NCBI GenBank assembly: GCA_020056715.1
Contig: JAGVHG010000040.1
Span: 11,920 to 75,919 of the forward strand
From: Phycisphaerae bacterium
GTDB lineage: Bacteria; Planctomycetota; Phycisphaerae; UBA1845
DNA: 64,000 bases
Direction: 5' to 3'
This document shows positions 38,394 through 46,675 of the stretch, one piece after another (the stretch's first letter is position 1; each line of letters opens with the position of its first letter). The notes under the pieces were generated by a model, which made no database searches, was not told the origin of the DNA, and worked only from the letters and a program-made list of their open reading frames with translations. The translations under genes and the position numbers were made by a program.

Positions 38394-39697
38394 GGGGCGA
38401 TGCTCCGAAACGCATCCTTCGCGGCGTCGACGATGGTCGCGATGGCTTCGTCGTCGTGGGCCGAGGAAATGAACATCGCTTCGTACCCGGACGGCGGTAG
38501 CCATACGCCGCGGTCGAGCATGGCGTGGAAGAACTTCGCAAATAGCTTGTGGTCGCAGGCCTGGGCGTCAGTGAAGTTTCGGACGGGGCGCTGCGAGAAG
38601 GCGATCCCTAACAACCCGCCGCGCGCGCCGGTTTGCAAGGCGATCCCGGCAGAGGTCGCACAGGCGCGCAAGCCCTCGGTGAGTCGCGTACTCTTGGCGT
38701 GAAGGGCATCATAGAACTCGGCGGCTTGACACAATCGAAGTGTCGCGATGCCTGCGGCCATTCCGACGGGATTTCCGCTGAGTGTTCCGGCCTGATACAT
38801 CGGACCAGAAGGGCTGACCAGTGACATCAGTTCGCGTCGAGCGGCATACGCGGCGACGGGCATCCCGCCGCCGATAACCTTACCGAGGCAGGTGATATCC
38901 GGTCGGACGCCGCACACATTCTGATACCCGCCCCAGGCCACGCGGAAGCCGGTCATTACTTCGTCGAAGATCAGAAGGCAGCCGTGGCGATCGCAGAGCG
39001 CCCGCAGGCCGGTTAGAAATCCCTCGACCGGTTCGACGAAGCCCATGTTGCCGGCGATCGGCTCGACGAGAACGGCGGCGACGTCCCCGCTGAACTTGCT
39101 CATCATGCGTTCGGCGGAGTTGAGATCGTTGTACGGCGCCGGAATCGTGCATTCCACAAACGCGGTCGGCACCCCGGCGGAATCGGGCACGGTGAATGTC
39201 GCCGCGCCGGACCCGGCGGCGACCAGTAGGGAGTCCGCATGGCCGTGATAGCAACCGATGAATTTGACGATCTTGGATCGTCCGGTCGCGGCCCGGGCCA
39301 GGCGGATGGCGCTCATCGCCGCCTCTGTGCCGCTATTTACGAAACGGACTACTTCCATCGACGGCAAGGCGCTGATGATGATCTCGGCAAGCTCGGATTC
39401 AGCGGCGCAGCAGGCGCCGAAGCTCAGCCCGCTCTTCGCCGCGCGGCAAACGGCCTCGACCACGGCGGGGTGGGCGTGCTCTACGATGGCAGAGCCCCAA
39501 CTCCCGACCAGATCGACGTAGCGATGGCCGTCGAGGTCGAAGATGTACGGCCCCTCAGCGTGATCGACGAACACCGGCGTCCCGCCGACCGCCTGGAAGG
39601 CCCGGACGGGGCTGTTGACGCCCGCAACCAGAACGCGACAGGCACGCTCGTAGGCCGCGTTTGAACGGAGGCGAGTCGGACTGTAGGGGGAGCTCAT
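38390..39697 (-). CDS. hemL: glutamate-1-semialdehyde 2,1-aminomutase
   Basis: Class III aminotransferase with DEVMTGFR and the PLP-lysine context LGKVIGGGMP. 435 aa. Confidence 0.92.
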   Translation of the reverse strand: MSSPYSPTRLRSNAAYERACRVLVAGVNSPVRAFQAVGGTPVFVDHAEGPYIFDLDGHRYVDLVGSWGSAIVEHAHPAVVEAVCRAAKSGLSFGACCAAESELAEIIISALPSMEVVRFVNSGTEAAMSAIRLARAATGRSKIVKFIGCYHGHADSLLVAAGSGAATFTVPDSAGVPTAFVECTIPAPYNDLNSAERMMSKFSGDVAAVLVEPIAGNMGFVEPVEGFLTGLRALCDRHGCLLIFDEVMTGFRVAWGGYQNVCGVRPDITCLGKVIGGGMPVAAYAARRELMSLVSPSGPMYQAGTLSGNPVGMAAGIATLRLCQAAEFYDALHAKSTRLTEGLRACATSAGIALQTGARGGLLGIAFSQRPVRNFTDAQACDHKLFAKFFHAMLDRGVWLPPSGYEAMFISSAHDDEAIATIVDAAKDAFRSIAP

Positions 39698-40023
39698 CGA
39701 ACGCGTTCCTGCTGCGTGCAGCTTGAAGACGTGCGGATTGTCCCATGGTCGGCGGAATCCGGCAATTCAGGGCCGGGAGCGCAAGCGACCGGAGCTGTCC
39801 GATGTCGTCGCGGAACTCGCCGAAAAACTGCCCTATTATGCCGGGGTGCCACTGACGAAGTGTGCCACTGCTCTTGAGCAGTGTGTTTGTCCCGGAAGGA
39901 AGATCACTGTTGTTCCAACAGTGGCACTCGGCGAGATTACCCGGTCGCACCCCCGGGGGGGGCTGAGGGTCTTCGCAGATGGGGTGAACAATACCTCGTC
40001 GGAATGACATTCAAAAACGGCGA

Positions 40024-40052
40024 CGCCCGCGATCGGCGAGCGATCGCGGGCG
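40024..40052 (-). terminator. rho-independent terminator candidate downstream of the 40119 gene
   Basis: 12-bp GC stem (cgcccgcgatcg / cgatcgcgggcg) with a 5-nt loop. On the minus strand it is followed by tcgccGTTTTTgaa. Confidence 0.5.
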
Positions 40053-40118
40053 CTTCGTTCTTTGGGTCATCGGGCAAAACGAACGGCTCTTGCTGACCGT
40101 CGCCGATCGACCTAGAGC

Positions 40119-40466
40119 CTAGTCATCGCCCTGGGGTTTCTTGTCCTTAACTTCGACGTTGGTGTTCTGGCCGTCGGAGGTCACATTGACTTGGACCTCT
40201 CCCCCATCGGCGGATGCCGGCCCGGAAACCGTCACGGTCGTCGCCTTTCCACTTTGAACGGGCACCTGGAAAGTCGTGGCCCCGCCCTCCGGGAGGGTGA
40301 TCTCCCGCGTGTCGACGACCTTGCCGTCAATGACCGTCACCGCAAACCACCCACGGGTCGCAGCAAATGCCGCAGCGCCGAGCAGTAAAGCGGCCAGCCC
40401 CGCGACCATCAGCGTTCTTCGCCTTCCCGTTCCGTACCCCAATCGTTGAGTGTCGAACTCGCTCAT
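40119..40466 (-). CDS. small single-pass membrane protein downstream of the ECF sigma factor (possible anti-sigma or partner; function unknown)
   Basis: ATG 40466 is preceded by GAGGAG at good spacing. One TM helix (LMVAGLAALLLGAAAFA) precedes a ~80-aa extracytoplasmic segment. No zf-HC2 motif seen. Confidence 0.6.
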   Translation of the reverse strand: MSEFDTQRLGYGTGRRRTLMVAGLAALLLGAAAFAATRGWFAVTVIDGKVVDTREITLPEGGATTFQVPVQSGKATTVTVSGPASADGGEVQVNVTSDGQNTNVEVKDKKPQGDD

Positions 40467-40567
40467 CAGTTTCTCCTCTAATAGATTCCTGTGGGATTCT
40501 CCGGTCCATCGCTTGGACCGCAAACACATCAGTGCACCGTCAACTGGATCCAGGTTTTTGCGCACCG

Positions 40568-41143
40568 TTACGACCTCCTTCGCAAGAGTTCTCGTTGAAG
40601 CGATTCTCGCCCGCGCGACAATCGCGATTTCACCGTTCCCACGCGGCAGCCGACGACCGACGCCACCTCCTCGACGCTCAACCCCTCGAAGTAGTGCAGC
40701 GAAAGAACCGTCTGGTGCTTCGGGGACAGCGCCAGCATCGCCTCGCGTGCCGAGGCCGTGTCCTCTCGCTCCCGCGGATCAAGGACCGCCTCGCCGCCGT
40801 CCTGGGCGGTCGCCGGATGGCCTAGAACATAGCGACGGTTGCGTCTGAGCCAGCGGTTGACCGAGTTCGTGGCGATCCGATACAACCACGCTTTCAAGGG
40901 GATCCCGCGGTATTGGTAGCGCCTCAAGGACTGCATTACTGCGAGAAACACCTCGGCCACAACGTCCTCCGTCGCGTGCACGTCGCCCAGGCGACGATAG
41001 ACATAGGTCGTGACATCGTCGTAGTAGCGACGGTAAAGCTGAGTGAATGCGGCCCGATCGCATCTCGCACGCTCAACGAGGTCGCGCTCTTCCTCCAAGT
41101 CGGACCGTTCCCCCACGATCGCGGCAATACAACCATTGCCCAC
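40568..41143 (-). CDS. ECF-type sigma-70 family RNA polymerase sigma factor
   Basis: Region 2 (FTQLYRRYYDDVTTYVYRRL...DVVAEVFLAV...WLYRIATN) and region 4 HTH (LSVEEVASVVGCRVGTVKSRLSRGR). GTG start with GGGAGG upstream. Confidence 0.9.
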   Translation of the reverse strand: MGNGCIAAIVGERSDLEEERDLVERARCDRAAFTQLYRRYYDDVTTYVYRRLGDVHATEDVVAEVFLAVMQSLRRYQYRGIPLKAWLYRIATNSVNRWLRRNRRYVLGHPATAQDGGEAVLDPREREDTASAREAMLALSPKHQTVLSLHYFEGLSVEEVASVVGCRVGTVKSRLSRGRESLQRELLRRRS

Positions 41144-41408
41144 TCTTTGTGCCTCCCAGTCGCATCGAACCAGTCAGGTTATGTCTATACTCTATAAGTC
41201 ACGAGACGCCGAGTAGGTTCCCCAACGTTCACTTTTTCCGTGGTATTTTTTCGGATGCGCTGGTGGATTTGCGGTTTGTGACCAGCCCCCAGGTCGTTAC
41301 TCCCCACCCGTTTCTGTCGAAAGGGATGGGGCGCCTACGGCGACCCTCGCTTACGCACGGCTTGGAATGCCGTCGCAAAACGGCGAAGCGTCCGATAGGA
41401 TAGGTTCG

Positions 41409-42350
41409 ATGAAAAAGTCCGGTCCGGTCGCGTGGTTGCTCTACGTCGCCGTCCGCGCGGTCTTCGCCGTTATGCAGGCGTTTCCAATCGCCTGGAACCT
41501 GCAAACGGCGCGGATATTGGCCAAAATCTGGGCAGTGGCCATGCCCCGACATCGGCAACGGGCGGTCGCAAATCTCTCCGCAGCATTTGGACAAGTTTAT
41601 CCAATGAGCCGGATGTCGCGGCTCGCGGACCTCTGCATGGAAAGCGTAACCATGTTCGCGGTGGAGGCGATTTGCCTGCCGCGACTGATCAATGCCTTTT
41701 CCTGGAGCCGATACATCGATTTGGTGAACTTCGACGATGCCCTTCGGCTGATCCTCAGCGGCAAAGGCGTGATCTTCGTCACCGGGCATTATGGGTCGTT
41801 CGAGGTCATGGGGCACCTGCTCGCGGCGCTGGGCTTTGACATGACTGCGGTGATGCGGCCCCTCGACAACGTCTACCTGAATCGCTTCATGGTTGCTAGC
41901 CGCCGAACGCATGGGTTGACCCTGCTCGACAAGAAAGGGGCGATGAGCAGCGCCGAGGGACTGCTCGCCGACGGGGCGCTGCTCGCCTTCATCGGCGATC
42001 AGGACGCGGGCCGCAAAGGAATCTTCGTCGACTTCTTCGGTCGTCCGGCATCCACCTATAAGTCGATCGCTTTGCTGGCGATGGCCACCGGTTCTCCCAT
42101 CGTCGTGGGTTACGCTCGCCGCTGCGGCAACGTCGCCCGGTACGAGGTGGGCGTGCCGCGGATTATCTATCGTCACGAATGGGAACAGCAGGCGGACCCC
42201 TTGCGCTGGATCACGCAGGAGTACACGTCGGCCATCGAATCTTTCGTCCGCGAAGCCCCGGAACAGTACCTTTGGATTCACCGGCGGTGGAAGTCCAGAC
42301 CCAAGAGCGAGAAAGCGGAGACAACAATGAAGATCGCCCCAAAAATCTGA
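41409..42350 (+). CDS. lipid A biosynthesis (LpxL/HtrB-type) lysophospholipid acyltransferase family protein
   Basis: N-terminal membrane anchor and an HX4E acyltransferase motif (VTGHYGSFEV). Size and pattern fit Kdo2-lipid IVA acyltransferases. ATG 41409 preferred over the track start 41367. Confidence 0.7.
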   Translation: MKKSGPVAWLLYVAVRAVFAVMQAFPIAWNLQTARILAKIWAVAMPRHRQRAVANLSAAFGQVYPMSRMSRLADLCMESVTMFAVEAICLPRLINAFSWSRYIDLVNFDDALRLILSGKGVIFVTGHYGSFEVMGHLLAALGFDMTAVMRPLDNVYLNRFMVASRRTHGLTLLDKKGAMSSAEGLLADGALLAFIGDQDAGRKGIFVDFFGRPASTYKSIALLAMATGSPIVVGYARRCGNVARYEVGVPRIIYRHEWEQQADPLRWITQEYTSAIESFVREAPEQYLWIHRRWKSRPKSEKAETTMKIAPKI

Positions 42351-42409
42351 TTTGACCTTTTTTCGCCGGGGATGAGATTGCCAATTGTTAATTGTCAATT
42401 GAACGCGGG

Positions 42410-42979
42410 TTACTCGTTCCGCGTCAGCAGCGCGAATACTTCGCGGTTTCCGCCGTGTCCTCGCAACGGACTTAGAAATTCGCCGTGGACGGTCCATCCG
42501 CGGGATCGTACGTCGCCGAGCACTGCCTCGACGACTTCATCGACCCGTTCATCGGGTAGAACTCCGTTCACAAGTAGGTTTTCGGAGGCCTCGTAGTGCG
42601 GTTTGATAAGCGTAATGACCCTCGCGGCGGGGGAAATTAGCCGCGCGACGCTTGGCAGGATTTTCGATTGCGGCGTCCAGCCGACATCCACGGTCACGAC
42701 TTCGACCGGCTCCGGCAACGCCACGTGCATCGCGTTGCTGCGTTCGAGGACCGTGACTCGCGGCTCCTTCCGCAGCTTCCACGCGAGGATGCCGTAAGCC
42801 GTATCGACGGAGTAGACGCGGGCCGCGCCACGGCGAAGAAGACAATCGACGAAACCGCCGACATGACTTCCGAGGTCGGCACAGACAAGTCCCGTTACAT
42901 CGACTGCGAAGTGTTGCAGCGCGGCCTCGAGCTTGTCGCCGCCGCGGGAAACATAACGATGCGGTGGCGCATCGGTCAT
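42410..42979 (-). CDS. tlyA: TlyA-family rRNA 2'-O-ribose methyltransferase lacking the N-terminal S4 domain
   Basis: RYVSRGGDKLEAALQHF..., SAM motif ADLGSHVGGFVDCLL. The protein starts just before the YVSRGG block, so no S4 domain is encoded. ATG 42979 preferred over TTG 42994. Confidence 0.75.
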   Translation of the reverse strand: MTDAPPHRYVSRGGDKLEAALQHFAVDVTGLVCADLGSHVGGFVDCLLRRGAARVYSVDTAYGILAWKLRKEPRVTVLERSNAMHVALPEPVEVVTVDVGWTPQSKILPSVARLISPAARVITLIKPHYEASENLLVNGVLPDERVDEVVEAVLGDVRSRGWTVHGEFLSPLRGHGGNREVFALLTRNE

Positions 42980-42998
42980 GAGCGCAATTGGCAATCCC

Positions 42999-43277
42999 CT
43001 AACCGGCTTTGCCGGCCTTGGCCGCGTTGAGGCGGCGGGCGAGGCGGGACTTACGACGGGCGACGGTGTTCTTATGCAGCGTTCCCTTCGCAGCCAGTTG
43101 GTCGAGCTTTTTCGTCACCAGCGTGAACGCGTCCGTGGCCGCTTTCACATCGCCGCTTCCCAGCACATCCAGGAGCCTCCTGGTTTCCGTCTTAATGACC
43201 GATTTGCGGGCACGGTTGCGCGTGCGGTTCCGCTCGTTCTGTTTCACACGTTTCTTCGCCGAGGCAAGGTTGGGCAC
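42999..43277 (-). CDS. rpsT: 30S ribosomal protein S20
   Basis: MPNLASAKKRVKQNERNRTRNRARKS..., 92 aa, a typical S20 N-terminus. Confidence 0.92.
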   Translation of the reverse strand: MPNLASAKKRVKQNERNRTRNRARKSVIKTETRRLLDVLGSGDVKAATDAFTLVTKKLDQLAAKGTLHKNTVARRKSRLARRLNAAKAGKAG

Positions 43278-43309
43278 AGCCGATTCTCCGTTGGTTTCGT
43301 TTTCTATCT

Positions 43310-44791
43310 CTATCGACTCGCCCGACCCGCCTGGCCGGGCAACGCTAGACCATCCAGTCTACCACGAACGTCTTTGTAGTTGTAGTCCAGTTGAAGGATG
43401 ATTCCGTAGGTCTTCTTGGCGGCGTCCTGGTTGCCGGCGGCCTCCTGGGACCGTCCCAGCCAGTAAAACATGGTTTTCGCAAGCGCGTCGTCCGTGACCT
43501 CGTAGTCCTTGAGCGCCTCCTCAAAGGCCGCGATCGCTTCGGTGTAGTACCCCTTGCGAAAGAAACATCGCCCCAGATACATCCCGCAAGCGGCACGGTT
43601 CTTCGGGTCGTTGCGCGCGGTTTGGAAGAGGGGGATGGCGTCGTCGAATTGACCGGCCCGGAATTTCCGCACCGCGTATTCGAAGCGAGCGCGGTTGTCG
43701 GTGGGGTACTTGTCCACCCGCTCCTTATAGACGCTCAACTCGAAGCGGAGCTGGGCGATCTGCTTCTCCTTCAGCGCAGCGGCGTCGCCGGCCTTATCCG
43801 CCTCTCGAACCTCGCGCCCCAGTTGCTTCATACGCACCTCGTCGGCGAGGTGCTTCCAGCGATACTCGCCGCCGCGCTTGTACTCAGCGACGAGAATCCC
43901 GATGGCGCGCGACTCTTCGTCCAGTCGTTCGCGGCGACAGAGCAGATCGACCAATTGCTTGAGCGGTGTGGCATTGCCGGGCTCTTTCTGGTGCTCGGCG
44001 TCAGCTTTGGCGATCAACTCATCCAAACGATCGTCGGATTGGACGGAGCGCTGCTGGTCGTGGAGGTCGGCCTGTTCCTCGAGGCCGTCGATGCTATCGC
44101 GGTAAGACCCGCCGTCCGAATACTTGCCCTTCAGGATCGTCAGCTTCGTGGAAAGGTCTTTCACCGTGTTCTCGGCCGCTTGATCCTTGGGGAAGCGCCG
44201 TCGCCACAAGTTCAGCACCTCGACTCCCGTTTGGTAGCATGCGACCCCGAATGCCGATTCGTTGCGCGCCGCCGCACGATCGCCGAGGTCCTCGAACAAC
44301 TGCGTAAGTGATTGAAGCTGCTTGGCGGTTGTCTTGGGAGCGGAATCGAGTGCCCGGTGGAGCACGCTGCCCGCCCATTTGGCGACGTCCTCCGCGCGGA
44401 GGCGGCTGGCGTTTCGCGCAAGGGCCTCTATGTAACCCAGGTTGTCCGGATCGTGCCCAAAGAGCCAAAGGGCGTTGAGAAACGCCTGTTTGGCGTTCTT
44501 GTCGGTGAGCGACCGCTTCATCGTGTCTTTGAGGCCGGGTTTCTTCCCCCCGGCTTGGCGACGGCCTACGCCACAGCCGTGAAGCGGTTTGCAGGCTTCT
44601 TCGACCGCGTCGGGCCAGAACTCCATCCCGTTGACGTAGTATTCGAGGGCGTAGTCGAACTGTCTTTTGTCGCCTAGTTCGCGGGCGCGGCTGAACCACT
44701 TGGCCGCCTTGGCCTTGTCCTCGGGCGTGACAATCAGACGGGCGTTGGGATCGACGGGCTCAACGGCTTCGTCGTTGGTTTTCTTGGCCAT
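43310..44791 (-). CDS. TPR-repeat protein
   Basis: 493 aa with several TPR-like units (e.g. AACGMYLGRCFFRKGYYTEAIAAFEEAL, MFYWLGRSQEAAGNQDAAKKTYGIIL). Co-directional with rpsT. Confidence 0.75.
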   Translation of the reverse strand: MAKKTNDEAVEPVDPNARLIVTPEDKAKAAKWFSRARELGDKRQFDYALEYYVNGMEFWPDAVEEACKPLHGCGVGRRQAGGKKPGLKDTMKRSLTDKNAKQAFLNALWLFGHDPDNLGYIEALARNASRLRAEDVAKWAGSVLHRALDSAPKTTAKQLQSLTQLFEDLGDRAAARNESAFGVACYQTGVEVLNLWRRRFPKDQAAENTVKDLSTKLTILKGKYSDGGSYRDSIDGLEEQADLHDQQRSVQSDDRLDELIAKADAEHQKEPGNATPLKQLVDLLCRRERLDEESRAIGILVAEYKRGGEYRWKHLADEVRMKQLGREVREADKAGDAAALKEKQIAQLRFELSVYKERVDKYPTDNRARFEYAVRKFRAGQFDDAIPLFQTARNDPKNRAACGMYLGRCFFRKGYYTEAIAAFEEALKDYEVTDDALAKTMFYWLGRSQEAAGNQDAAKKTYGIILQLDYNYKDVRGRLDGLALPGQAGRASR

Positions 44792-44998
44792 TAATGTCGA
44801 ACAACTTCCACACTCAAGTAGGATACACTAACCGGCGATGCGAGCGCCAGGCACCCTTTACAATCGACAGAAAAATCATAGTATCATTAGGGCGGTCGGT
44901 GTCAATATATGGGGTAGCAACCCTCGCCCTGAGCCTCGAAGGGCTTGACGCGAACCGGCTTTACTTGCCCTGAGCCTCGAAGGATCGGTCAAACGACG

Positions 44999-45553
44999 AT
45001 GAAGCTCCCCAGCCCGAGCCGCCTCCGCATCGTGCTGTACCCCAACCCGGTTTTGAAAAAACGGGCCGTGGATGTGGGTGAGTTTAACGCGGAGCATGCC
45101 CTGAGCGGCGAATGGATCGCGGCCCTGGCGAAGCGCATGTTGGAATTAATGCGTGAGGCCAAGGGGGTGGGGCTGGCCGCGCCGCAGGTGGGCGTGGGGC
45201 TGCGCCTGTTCGTTTGCAACCCCACGGGCGAACCTGGCGACGACCTGATCTGCGTCAACCCGCGATTCATCGAACGATCCGGAGGAGAGGAACGGGAGGA
45301 GGGGTGCTTGTCGATTCCCGGTGTGACCGTCACTATGCGTCGAGCAATGAGCGTGGTAATGGCGGCGTTCGATGTCGATGGGAAACCGTTTCAGGCGACG
45401 GGTACGGAACTGCGTGCCAGAATCTGGCAGCATGAGATGGACCATCTCGACGGACGGTTGATCATCGACAACATGTCCGCCACCGACGAGATCGCCAATC
45501 GCCGCGCAATCAAGCAGCTCCAAGACCAATACCGCCCCCCGCGTCGATCCTAA
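44999..45553 (+). CDS. def: peptide deformylase
   Basis: The three PDF motifs GVGLAAPQVG, EGCLSIPG and QHEMDHLDG. ATG 44999 (MKLPSPSRLRIVLYPNPVL). Confidence 0.92.
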   Translation: MKLPSPSRLRIVLYPNPVLKKRAVDVGEFNAEHALSGEWIAALAKRMLELMREAKGVGLAAPQVGVGLRLFVCNPTGEPGDDLICVNPRFIERSGGEEREEGCLSIPGVTVTMRRAMSVVMAAFDVDGKPFQATGTELRARIWQHEMDHLDGRLIIDNMSATDEIANRRAIKQLQDQYRPPRRS

Positions 45554-45570
45554 ACAATGTCGAACGAATC

Positions 45571-46518
45571 ATGCGTATCGTCTTCATAGCTTCGGGTGCG
45601 TTTGCCCAGCCGACGCTGCGCTGGCTCGCACAGAGTCAACACGAAGTCGCGTTGGTGGTGACTCAGCCGGCGAAGGGCAGCGGCCGCGGGCAACACCTTA
45701 CGCGGACGCCCGTTCGAGCGATGGCCGACGAGCTTGGCTTGGAAACATTGGAAGCCGAGAACGTCAATGATCCGAACGTCGTCGCCCGGCTGCGTTCGCT
45801 TGAAGCCCGCGTGGGTTTGGTAATCGCGTTCGGCCAGAAGCTCGGTCCGGAGTTGCTTGAGTCGATGCCCGGCGGCTGTATCAATCTTCATGCGTCGCTG
45901 CTTCCCAAGTACCGTGGGGCCGCTCCAATCAACTGGGCCGTGGCCCGCGGTGAAGAGAAGTCCGGGTGTACCGTGTTCCGCATCACCAATCGCATGGACA
46001 CCGGGCCGATCCTCGTTACACGATGGACGGAAATCAAACCGGAAGAAACCGCCGGCGAATTGCACGATCGACTGGCCGGCATCGGCGTGGATGCGATGCA
46101 GGCCGCGGTGGAGTTGTTCGACGGGGAAACTATTCCGACGGGTACACCACAGGACGAACGCGAAGCCACACTCGCCCCCAAACTTTCCAAGGCCGACGGC
46201 CAGGTGAACTTCGATCGTCCGGCCGCCGACGTAGCCCATCACATTTGCGGCATGACCCCTTGGCCTGGGGCGAGCGCGAGATTCGAGGCCGGCGAGGGCC
46301 GCTGGGAGAACGTCACCTTCCTTCGCGCTCGCCGAGCGTTGGATCCTTACGCACCTAGTGATCTGCCCGGAACGATCGACGCCCGTCGCTACGTGGCCGC
46401 ACGCGATGGCTTCGTCGAAATCCTGGAGATCAAACCCTCATCGGGCCGCTCCATGACCTGGCAGGACTACGTCAACGGCCGACACGTCTCCCACGGTGAT
46501 CGGTTTACAATTCCGTAG
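45571..46518 (+). CDS. fmt: methionyl-tRNA formyltransferase
   Basis: MRIVFIASGAFAQPTL..., HASLLPKYRGAAPINWA, C-terminal Fmt domain, immediately after def. Confidence 0.92.
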   Translation: MRIVFIASGAFAQPTLRWLAQSQHEVALVVTQPAKGSGRGQHLTRTPVRAMADELGLETLEAENVNDPNVVARLRSLEARVGLVIAFGQKLGPELLESMPGGCINLHASLLPKYRGAAPINWAVARGEEKSGCTVFRITNRMDTGPILVTRWTEIKPEETAGELHDRLAGIGVDAMQAAVELFDGETIPTGTPQDEREATLAPKLSKADGQVNFDRPAADVAHHICGMTPWPGASARFEAGEGRWENVTFLRARRALDPYAPSDLPGTIDARRYVAARDGFVEILEIKPSSGRSMTWQDYVNGRHVSHGDRFTIP

Positions 46519-46602
46519 ACACTTGATAGTGGACTTTACCCGCCGTCAAAGTCCCTAGGGGACTGATATCTGGTATGGCAAATTAACAAAAAATGGAAAA
46601 CA

Positions 46603-46632
46603 TTGCATATTCTGCCGCCAGTCCGGTATAAT
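46603..46632 (+). promoter_or_regulatory. sigma-70-type promoter candidate for the large secreted protein gene
   Basis: TTGCAT, 18 nt, TATAAT in an unusually AT-rich stretch. GAGGAGG lies at 46653-46659. A two-codon mini-ORF, ATG TCT TGA (46671-46679), has a stop that overlaps the TTG start at 46676. Confidence 0.4.
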
Positions 46633-46675
46633 GGATCTTCAGTAGGGAAATTGAGGAGGCTTATAGGCACATGTC

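Noticed and set aside
39891-39902. cccggaaggaag, resembling the GGAA tetraloop region of SRP (4.5S) RNA domain IV
   Set aside because: The flanking conserved SRP nucleotides are absent on both strands. These are the AGGUCAGG-type 5' side and the GGAAGCAGCC 3' side. The 11-nt match is best explained by chance.
41229-42497. 422-aa minus-strand ORF
   Set aside because: It is antisense to the LpxL-type acyltransferase gene, and the product is Arg/His/Pro-rich without domain signatures.
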